Below, piece after piece: positions 52,931 through 64,000 of a stretch of DNA of 64,000 bases. The notes beneath the pieces are model-generated. The model ran no database searches. It saw only the letters and a list, made by a program, of their open reading frames with translations, and was not told the DNA's origin. Position 1 is the stretch's first letter, and every line of letters begins with the position of its first letter. Origin of the DNA: Dendrobates tinctorius (taxonomy: Eukaryota); NCBI RefSeq assembly GCF_039654945.1, contig NW_027361812.1:15934001-15998000 (forward strand), read 5' to 3'. The position numbers were made by a program, and so were the translations under genes.

Positions 52931-54336
52931 TCAAGAGTAAGTACATTTATCCCTAATAATGATGTCATATAAAAGGAAAATTCCAGATAAGAAAAAAATC
53001 ACTTATAAATGTCAGTCAATTAATTTTTCTTGATCTGAAAATTTGTTGAAAATTTGTAAAAAAAACCCCCACACTGCCTGATACGATCTATTGCTCCCCT
53101 CTTCCCCTGGAGGACCCTTATAATTATCAGACTCCTTATAAGTCTGGAACTGGTAAGTTATAGCCCTATTTTCTGATTCCAACGCTGAAGGATTTAAAGA
53201 GGTTGTCCCAAAAAAATAAAATTATTTTAGCCTAAGACTGTCCAAAACTTACAAATTTTTCAATAGTAATTGTTTAAAAAAGCACTCATTTCTAGATATG
53301 ACATCTACGTTCTTATATAATGGTCCCTGGAGTTCTTTTGAATCCTTCTAAGAACATCCACCTGGTGTGTCCATCGCTGGTGGTCACTCATGCATCGGTC
53401 AGTAACATGTAGACAAATAGCTCTGAATTTTATAGACAACCTGGTAATTTAAAAAAGAAATGTGTGTAATACTTTGTTTCCCCTGTGGAGGCGCTGTAGT
53501 GAAATTAAACACTGCCAGGTTTTCCCACAGGATGCAGTAACGTGACCCACACCCCCCACGTTTCTGAGACAAGTTCACTCTGGTATTGTGACCTACACAC
53601 ATTCTCATATACTAGAAATGAACCATTGGTCGAATGCTAAAACGGTAACAAGATTTGATGTGCGACTTTCTCCTTCAGAGTAGCGAGCTCTGCAGATTGA
53701 TTCTCCTTTATTGGAGACTATAAGTTAAATAAATTCAAGTGCATCGCTGTGATTCAAGGGCAAAGTAGAAGACAAGCAATCAATACAAATATAAAGTTTA
53801 GTCCTGGGCACAAGGCTGCGTATGAAAACATCAAACTTTAATTAAAAGTTGTGGAATTTAATTTGAGATCTGGCATGATACAAACAATGGCAATATTATT
53901 ACAATTTGTCAGTATCACCATCAAGGCTCACTGTCACATGATCTGAAATTAGAGGGGTTCTCCAGGGCAATTTACATAAAGTTTATTGATGAGTACAAGG
54001 TATACTCAAATACTCTAGTGTCTTAAGACTCTGTCTACAATTTTCCATAAAAAAGTACAAGTATTCAATACATCAATACATAATAATGTAATGCAATACT
54101 AATCACCCCCAATTTAGGACATGGATTTTTGGCAGTAATTACAGACATCGGTCTGCTAGGATACGGCTCTGTCAGCTTTGCAGTCCTAAACATAACAAAT
54201 TTTCCAATTCTTCGCCAAGCTGTTCAAGTTTTCTTAAAGAATTATTATTTTGATCTTTCTTCGTGAGAAAACCATTAGCATTATAGCTTCAAGTATGTGG
54301 ATGGAATGGTGTGCTCCTAAGGATTATCAGTCTGAG

Positions 54337-54420
54337 CAGCGGCATGGTGGCTCAGTGGTTAGCATTACAGCCTTGCAGTGCTGGGGTCTTGTGTTCATTC
54401 TTCCCATGTTTCTCCAGAGC
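54337..54420 (+). mobile_element. truncated tRNA-SINE
   Basis: Matches the 5' part of 50861. Confidence 0.65.
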
Positions 54421-55597
54421 ACGCTCATACCATATGTGGTCAAAAACTACTTTTGAAGCACAGTACAAAGCTCAGAAGGGAAGAAGCTCCATATTGGAGT
54501 TCACATTTTGATGGACTGGTTTGAAGGTGCCATGTCACATTGGCAAAGCCCCTGAGGTGACAGAACAGCAGAATCACCCCCATATGAGATCCCATTTTAC
54601 AAACTACACCTCTCAATGAATTCATATAAGGGTGCACTGATCATATTGACTCCATAGGGGCAATGAAGATAAAAATAATTTCATTTTTACCACCAAAATG
54701 TTGTTTTAGCCCCAGATTTTACATTTTCACACTGGGAAATTCGTAAAACTAGCGCCAAAATTTGTCCCACAATTTCTGCTGAATGTAGAAATACCCCAAA
54801 TGTGGCTGTACAGTACTGCTTAGCCATATGGTGAGACTCGGGAGGGACGCCCCCCCTCCCGAGTCTATCTATATGACTAAGCAGTACTGTTATCCATGAG
54901 GCATCATGGAGCGCAGGAATTTCTACAATAGTTTGGGGACTCCATATATAGAGACCCTAAGAGCTAGAAAAGCAGAATCTCCCCTCAAGTGACCCCCATT
55001 TTGGAAATTATACCCCATTGGGGATTTATCTACAGGTATAGTGATGATTTTGACTCCATGGTTATTTTCCAGACACAAGCATCAGTGGATGATGCTGAGT
55101 GAAAATTGCAAACTGCCGCTGTATTGACCAGTACGTTGTGCCAAGATCAAGCACCTGTAGATTAGGCGGGCTCTCATCACTACAGAAATGCTAAACATGT
55201 GGGCATGATGGGGGTTCAGAAGGGAGGGGTCCATTTAGATTTGGGAGCACAGAATTTGATGAATTTCTTTGGGGGGGGGCGAAGGCCATTTTACTTTTAC
55301 AGAGCCTTTGTGCTGCCAAAGCCCCCTTTATTTCTGCTAACAGATGATGGACCTGAGTGGGGACTTGCTTTGTTTGTGGATTGAGTTGAAGCTTTTTCTT
55401 AGACTGTTTTACATAACATTTATGATCACATTTATCCAGCGCTCTTCGTTTCCCTTTAAATCACCTAGTGACATAATTCAGATGAAACTCCCAAGGGATC
55501 CATTCCCTATAATGCAGCAGCAGAGTTATTCTGGATTCCATCTGGCCTCTGTTCAGTGGTGTCGTTTTTTTCAGAGGTGCACAAAACTGTAGCCGAC

Positions 55598-55660
55598 TGC
55601 ACTTTTAGGCACTCCTAATGCACTTTTAGGCACTCCTAATGCACTTTTAGGCACTCCTAA
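55598..55660. repeat. 21-bp tandem repeat, 3 copies
   Basis: TGCACTTTTAGGCACTCCTAA x3. Confidence 0.95.
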
Positions 55661-55749
55661 TAAAAAGCCGGATGACAGGACAGGCAGCATCCCCAGTGCC
55701 TCCATCTGCCTCATAATAGGGAATCTTCCGCTGGAGTTCTGGAGTGTAA

Positions 55750-56185
55750 GGCTAGTTTCACACTAGCGTATGGAGGAGCTGCGGAGGGATGCAGACTTCC
55801 TCTGTGAAGCTCGGTCCATGGCCGCACCTCCTCCGGTCAGCTCCACCTCCATAGGCATGTGGCCTGCACACCCTATCTTTAGCATTAGGTACGCAGGCCG
55901 TGCCGATGTATGTGGATGCCTCCGCATGCGTCGTTTTGACGGTGCGGTGACCGCACCAAAATGCAACATGTTGCATTCAGCGCAGGTCACCGCACCGTCA
56001 AAATGACACATGCGGAGGCATCTGCATACATCGGCACAGCCTGCGTACCTAATGCTAAAGATAGGGTACGCAGGACGCATGCCGACGGAGGCAGAGCTGA
56101 CCGGAGGAGGTGCGGCCGTGGGCAGCTTCATGGAGGAAGTCTGCATCCCTCCGCAGCTCCTCCATACGCTAGTGTGAAACTAGCC
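55750..56185. mobile_element. Harbinger-type MITE, whole-length palindrome
   Basis: TAA TSD; TIR GGCTAGTTTCACACTAGCG; arms pair inward to a centre near 55968. Confidence 0.9.
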
Positions 56186-57045
56186 TAAGAGCTCAGCATA
56201 GCGTGCCGGATAAATGTGAGCTGAGTCTTACTACAATCTTTGAGAGGCAGAATGAAAAAAATCAACAGCAGGTGAAGAATTGATTTTACTGTTCCTCGTG
56301 CGGTATAAGTGATTAGATGACTTTATTCTTCGGGTCAGTGCGATTACAGCGATACCAGATTTATTTAGTCTTTTATGTTTGGATGGTTTCACACACTAAA
56401 AAATTCCATATTTTGAGAGCTATAATTTTTCTATATTTCTGCTGACATAGTCATGTAAGGGCTTGTTTTTTGCAGGACGAGTTAACGTTTTTATTGGTAC
56501 CATTTTTGGGCTCATCACAATGTTTCATCGCTTTTTATTCAGATTTTTGGGAGGCAGAAAAGACAAAAACCAACAATTCTGGAATTGTTTTTTTTATACC
56601 GTTCCATGTATGGTAAAATTGATAAGGCAGCTTTATTCTTCGGGTCAGTACGATTGCATCGATACCCCATTTATATAGTTTTTTAACGTTTTGGTGCTTT
56701 TACACAATAAAAACAATTTTATAGAAAATATAATTATTTTTCCATCACTTTATTCTGAGAGCTATAACTTTTTATTTTTCCGCCGATGGAGCTGTATTTC
56801 AGCTTTTTTTTTGCGGGACAAGATGATGTTTTCAGAGGAACCATATTTATTTACATTTGTCTTTTTGATTGCGTTTTATTCCAAGCTTTGTTCGGCGGTA
56901 TGATGATAAAACATAGTTTTTTATCTCGTAATTTTTTTTTTACTGTGTTCACTAAATAGGTTAACTAATGGGACAGTTTTATAGGTCAGTAGTGAAAAGT
57001 AACTTGGCACTCAACTTAAGGGTCCATAGAAGAAAATTTTATTAT

Positions 57046-57094
57046 GCAGTTTGCAAAACGTTTCGGCCTACATGGCCTTCATCAGTCCGACTGC
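57046..57094 (-). ncRNA. inverted copy of the hammerhead motif
   Basis: Reverse complement reads CTGATGAAGGCCATGTAGGCCGAAACGTT. Confidence 0.68.
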
Positions 57095-57454
57095 TTAAAA
57101 GTATTGTGGAGAAATGGGGAACAAGCGTGAGTTCCTACTGTAATGGAAAACTTGTAGGTGAGCTGTCCGGCTCCCTAGTATCGTATATTAATTCAGAATA
57201 GTTGTAGGAAGAACCTGTTACGTTGAAAAGAAGGCTTGTTACCAGTTTCTCTGTAGTTATATTAGTTGCCGTGTGGTAGTATAGCAGGTCCTTATGAGGC
57301 ATGGGAGGTCAGTGGTGATGGGCGTCAGGCTGGATGCGGTTTCCGCCGCTTGTCTCGTCACAGAGTCAGACTAGGGAGCCGGACAGCTCACCTACAAGTT
57401 TTCCATTACAGTAGGAACTCACGCTTGTTCCCCATTTCTCCACAATACTTTTAA

Positions 57455-57503
57455 GCAGTTGGACTGATGAAGGCCATGTAGGCCGAAACGTTTTGCAGAC
57501 TGC
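57455..57503 (+). ncRNA. minimal type I hammerhead ribozyme motif
   Basis: CTGATGA-A-GGCC(ATGTA)GGCC-GAAAC-GTT; GCAGT/ACTGC could close stem I. Confidence 0.7.
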
Positions 57504-58479
57504 ATAATAAAATTTTCTTCTATGAACCTTAAGTTGAGTGCCAAGTTACTTTTCACTATTGAGCTTTGGTTTGGGTAACCTACTTGCGCACCCTGCAGTA
57601 GTGCAATGCTATATTATACACAGTTTTATACGTCAGGCTTACTCTTTTACTTAGTCCCACTATGGAATTTTCACTTTATGCAGTCTGATTGCAGGTATAA
57701 TGTATAGCAATACAGGAGCATTGCTACACCTTATAACCTGTCAGCCTTGCAGACACAAGTTAGTTAGATCATGTACTGCGCATGATCTAACTAGCTTGCT
57801 AGTGCCTGGTGACCCAGATGTCACCATGGCAACGATCGGGACCCCGCAATGACGTCTCGGAGTTTCCGATCCAAAGGCAGAGGGGCTTTCTTCTCTGTTC
57901 CTGCTCGCTAAATGCTGCGATTACAGCATTTAGGGGGTTAAGGTGGCAGGAGCCGACCTTGACGTATGGAAATGTCTAAGGTCATGAAGGGGTTGGCTAA
58001 ATTTTAACTACTTTCCTTTGGTGCTGGAAAACATTCCCTTTTGGACCACTGAGAGCAATTTGTAAAGTTTCTTGCTTTCACAAGCATTATGCAATATTAC
58101 CCGACTATGAGGATGAGAAAATCCCCTTATTCAAATTTAAGACACAAATTATCAGTAGGATTTTGGTTTCAAACCTTGGTATCTTGGTCAATAATATAAA
58201 GTTTTGGCTTAAAGTTTGGCTTTTTGGGTTGATGAAAAAGAAAATATTTCCTAATTTGCAGTTCTCATGTAGGCTGCAGCAGGTTTACTGTAAGGTTTTC
58301 TTTTTCAGTTTTTAGGATCTGCTACTGTGAGGTATCCAGACACCATCCTGTTGTCAACATCACTGAGATTTGCAGTAGGATTGTGTGGTTTTAAGAACAG
58401 TTTTTATTGTAAAAAAGCCACTCAGTTTTAGTTTTTCCCATTTGATTCCAGAGTGTTCATTATGTATTTATATAAACTT

Positions 58480-59430
58480 TTCCAGTGTCCCGTCTTCCCT
58501 GTACAGCTTTGGCCGGTATAGCACTCAAACAATAGTTGTATAATCCCAGGAATGACGAGAACGACACCGGTCCTGGCAAAAACACAGACCCTGTCTCCTA
58601 ATCCCGGACAACCACCTTAATGCGTTTTACCATTTGATCTAACTATGAGAGATATTCTGTGAGCTGGAAATGAAAGTGTTTCTATTCTTTGACTGACACT
58701 TCCAATAATCTCCGCACTGTGTTGTCTTCATGGTATTATTAAAAAAACAATTGTGTGTTCCGCTGTATTAGCCATGTATCAAGCATCAATGGGTACAAAA
58801 ATAGAGTAAATAGTATGTCAAAAAATAAAAACACAATAAATGACTAAGTAAACAAGTAAATCAAAATTCCTAAAATCTTAAACAGCTTTAGAAAGAGCCA
58901 CCTCGGTAGGAAAATGGGTAAATTGGGAACTGTCAGTCAATCTCGAAAACTAGAAGTGCCAATGGATTGAAGAAAGCGACCGGATAAGCTGCATTTTCCC
59001 TCGTTACATCTTCAGAATATATGACCCGGAGACCTGTTATCAAAATGTTTTTTGTTTGTTTATATTTTGTTGCCTTCCGTTCCATGATTAATTGTTGGAT
59101 AATCAATATTTTATGCCAAAAAAATAACTTATGGTATAGATAAAAAGTGACACAATAGGCAATAAAGGTTGTAGATAGTATGGCGTGGTTCACCTGGCTG
59201 TGTTGGGCCAGGCACAACTCCTATGCAGATATAGATACCAGCTGCTGTTTGGTATGCTGGAATAAAATCAGCACTAAATGCAATAGTAGAAAGAGATATA
59301 CGGATTAATCTGCTGGTAAAGAGGATATCCAATGGAGGTGATGGTGTAGAACAAAGAGCAGTTTTATTAATCAACATGTTGAGAGTTGAACAAACTCCTT
59401 CATCAGGATCAAACGCAATTAATTTAGTCA
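58480..59430 (-). pseudogene. possible heavily decayed MFS/SLC16-like transporter pseudogene
   Basis: Colinear by-eye motif resemblance: IYICIGVVPG, LQPLL, LLVYL, SNGKTH, CVFA, LLFE; many stops and frameshifts. Confidence 0.25.
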
Positions 59431-59628
59431 ACTCTAAAACGCGTTAAATAACAAAATTGCTCTTTGTTCAACGCCATCATCTCCATTGACTATCCTCTTG
59501 ACCAGCAGAATTTTCCGTATATCCCTTTTTTAAACTATTGCATAAAAATAAGTAAGACAAAATAAATTCTCGATACTTACTGACTCATTACTACAGTTTA
59601 AGACTCCACATATCAATAGTGTCCTTAG

Positions 59629-59862
59629 GAGCAGCACAGTGGCTCAGTGGTTAGCACTGCAGAGCTGCGGTCCTGGGTTCAAATCCCACCAAGGACAACA
59701 TCTACAAGGATTTTGTATGTTCTCCCCTTGTTTGATTGGGTTTCCTCTCACATTCGAAAGGCATGCTGATTGTGAGCTCCAATGGGGACAGAGCTGATAA
59801 TGTCTGTAAAGCGCTGTGGAATATGATAGCACTATATTAGCAAAGCATAATAAATAAATAAA
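59629..59862 (+). mobile_element. tRNA-derived SINE
   Basis: A box TGGCTCAGTGG, B box GGTTCAAATCCC; homologous to 50861; (TAAA)n tail. Confidence 0.85.
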
Positions 59863-60092
59863 TACAATATTTACACAAACACAGCGCTGTATATTACTGT
59901 GTGGCAGGTCCTGGTACTGCAACTTAGTCCCATTTCCTGGAAGTGAACTGTGTTACAGAAAGGGCAAAACTGAACTAATATTGTGATTTCTACATTCATT
60001 CGCTATGTAAGGGATATCTTAGCAAAATGGAACCCCATGGAAGATTTGCTTCCTTAAAGTAGGTGTACCTGAAAAATGTTTAATAAAGCATT

Positions 60093-60428
60093 TAGAGTTG
60101 AGCGAAACAGGTCGGCCAGATTCATAAGTCGCCGACTTATGCAAAAGAGAGAGAGAGAGATTTCGCCGCCTCTAGGGTTAAAATTCATGCCAGCGAAAAT
60201 CTTCCGGGCATGCGCACTTTTAAAAAGCGGTCCGGCATGTAGGTGTGTTTCCTGTCCTCCACTCACTGCCAACTTTTCTTCCTCATTGACTTGCATTGGG
60301 TTTCGTGTTTCAGTCGGACCTTCAACTTTTCCCGATAGTCGGCCGATTTCGTTCGACTCGACTTTTGAGAAAGTAAGGTTTCATGAAACCCGACTTGACC
60401 CTAAAAAAGGCAAAGACGCTCATCCCTA
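60093..60428. mobile_element. hAT-type MITE
   Basis: TAGAGTTGAGCG...CGCTCATCCCTA with perfect 8-bp TSD AAAGCATT. Confidence 0.9.
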
Positions 60429-60667
60429 AAAGCATTATAATAAGATTTTATTTATTTAATAAACTTTCTGCTCTTTCTATCCTTTTTGGTCCAGTGGGCG
60501 GTTCTAATTAATGATTGACAGACCTGTATAAGCGCACTTGCTTACAGCATTTTAATAAATAAAATTAAAAATTAGATAGAATCTTTTCATAATAAACCAT
60601 TATGATTATAAGTGAGTCATGTGTACAGAATTATGGTCTGTACGCATGGCTCAGTTATAGTCATAAT

Positions 60668-62977
60668 TAGAGTTGAGCGATACCGTCCGATACTTCAAAG
60701 TATCGTATCGGATGGTATCGGCCGATCTTTAAAAAAAGTATCGGTATCGCCGATTCCGATACCGGAAGTTCCATTCAAGTCTATGGGACTTCGGGTATCG
60801 GAATAAGAAAAACCCTTTCCTGCCCTTGTACAGCCTCTCTGGGGTCTGTACGGGCCTTTCGGGGGGCTGTGCCGGCCTGCCAGGGGGTCTGTGCAGGCTC
60901 CGGTGGTCTGTGCCGGCCTGCCGGTGGTCTGTGCAGGCTCCGGGGGGCTGTGCCGGCCTGCCGGGGGGCTGTGCCGGCCTGCCGGGGGGCTGTGCCGGCC
61001 TGCCGGGGGGCTGTGCAGGCTCCGGGGGGCTGTGCCGGCCTGCCGGGGGGCTGTGCCGGCCTGCCGGTGGTCTGTGCAGGCTCCGGGGGTCTGTGCAGGC
61101 ATCGTCCGATGGGACTACAAGTCCCATCGGGCGATGCCTGCTACCATGACAGTGATTGACACATTAGCCAATGATGGGACAGTAGTAGTCCCATCATCCG
61201 GCTAATGTGTTAAATGTAAAAAAAAAAAAAAAAAAAAAAAAATTACATGCTACATACATACAACATGCATACTACATACATGCTACATTCATACTACATA
61301 CTACATACATGCTACATTCATACTACATGCAACATACATACTACATATATACTACATGCATGCTACATACATACTGCATGCTACATACATACCACATATA
61401 TACTACATACATACTACATGCATGCTACATGCATGCTACATGCTACATACATAACACATATATACTACATGCATGCTACATACATACTACATGCTACATA
61501 CTACATATATACTACATGCATGCTACATACTACATGCTACATACATACTACATATATACTACATGCATGCTACATACATACTGCATGCTACATGCATGCT
61601 ACATACATACTACATACATACTACATGCTACATACATACTACATATATACTACATACATACTACATGCATGCTACATACATACCACATACATAACACATA
61701 TATACTACATGCATGCTACATACATACTACATGCTACATACATACCATATACATACTACATGCATGCTACATACATACTACATGCATGCTACATATATAC
61801 TACATGCATGCTACATACATACTACATGCTACATACATACTACATATATACTACATGCATGCTACATACATACTACATGCTACATACATACTACATATAT
61901 ACTACATGCATGCTACATACATACTGCATGCTACATGCATGCTACATACATACTACATACATACTACATGCTACATACATACCACATATATACTACATAC
62001 ATACAATACATTCATACAATACATACATAGACATACAGTACATATAACATAGAGTAACATACTTACCAATACTTGTCACATTGTTCCCCGAAGCCATTGT
62101 CTTTCCGGAATAAATATTAACATAACAAACCACAAAAATACTCACCCACGATCCGAAGCAGTCCACGAGTGTGTCCCACGACGATCTTGGGTAGAGAACT
62201 GCAGCATCAGCTGTTGCTGCCGTTCTCTACTGGCTGCAGGAATCCAATGACGGAAGGTAGGTATCCTTCCGCACTGTATTCCTCCGCCACTTAAAAAAAA
62301 AAAAAGTCCCTAGTCTCACTTTATGCCATTGCTGTGTGGGAAATTCCCACGCAGCAATGGCATAAAGTGAGACTAGGGACTTTTTTTTTTTTAAGTGGCG
62401 GAGGAATACAGTGCGGAAGGATACCTACCTTCCGTCATTGGATTCCTGCAGCCCGTAGAGAACGGCAGCATCATCTTCTGCTGCAGTTCTCTACCCAAGA
62501 TCGTCGTGGGACACACTCGTGGACTGCTTCGGATCGTGGGTGAGTATTTTTGTGGTTTGTTATGTTAATATTTATTCCGGAAAGACAATGGCTTCGGGGA
62601 ACAATGTGACAAGTATTGGTAAGTATGTTACTCTATGTTATATGTACTGTATGTCTATGTATGTATTGTATGTATGTAGTATATATGTGGTATGTATGTA
62701 GTATGTATGTAGCATGCATGTAGTATATATGTAGTATGTATGTAGCATGCATGTAGTATATATGTAGCATGTATGTAGTATGTATGTGGTATGTATGTAG
62801 CATGTAGTATGTATGTAGCATGCATGTAGCATGCATGTAGTATGTATGTAGTATGTATGTAGCATGCATGTAGTATGTATGTAGTATGTATGTAGTATGT
62901 ATGTAGCATGCAGTATGTATGTAGCATGTATGTAGTATGTATGTAGTATATATGTAGTATGTATGTAGCATGTAGTA
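60668..62977. mobile_element. large hAT-type foldback element with internal tandem repeats; right part displaced by a Tc1
   Basis: TAGAGTTGAGCGA TIR; GC-rich minisatellite 60860-61100; TACA/TGCA array 61243-62040; ~300-bp inverted arms centred near 62342; mirrored array 62640-62977. Confidence 0.7.

Positions 62978-64000
<1,023 letters not shown>

Larger units (their letters stand above)
56990..57619 (+). mobile_element. Penelope-like retroelement remnant with inverted pLTR
   Basis: Inverted arms 56990-57179 and 57370-57558; 17-bp flanking duplication ACAGTTTTATA(G/C)GTCAG; hammerhead core followed by AATAAA. Confidence 0.72.

Noticed and set aside
60695-61205. Pro/Gly/Ala-rich ORFs on both strands
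   Set aside because: GC-rich minisatellite

Overview
Repeat-dominated eukaryotic DNA; the repeat repertoire (Tc1, Harbinger/hAT/Kolobok-type MITEs, CR1, L2, tRNA-SINEs, sushi-type Gypsy) suggests an anuran frog (inference). There are three assembly gaps, and I recognise no intact host gene. The main structure is a 13.7-kb nest (27401-41126) of three related chromodomain Ty3/Gypsy (Tf1/sushi-type) LTR retrotransposons inside an L2 LINE. Two of them landed in LTRs of their own family, and both measurable target-site duplications are 6 bp. The PBS is complementary to the element's own predicted transcript start rather than to a tRNA, and covaries with it. The pol frame runs into the LTR and stops inside the TATA box. 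One pol is split by a Harbinger-type MITE carrying a telomere-like array. Also present: a Penelope-like inverted-repeat insertion with two minimal hammerhead-ribozyme cores (56990-57619), a 2.8-kb Helitron made mostly of two minisatellites, four Tc1 elements, many palindromic MITEs, and weak traces of host pseudo-exons. All similarities were judged by eye; no searches were run.
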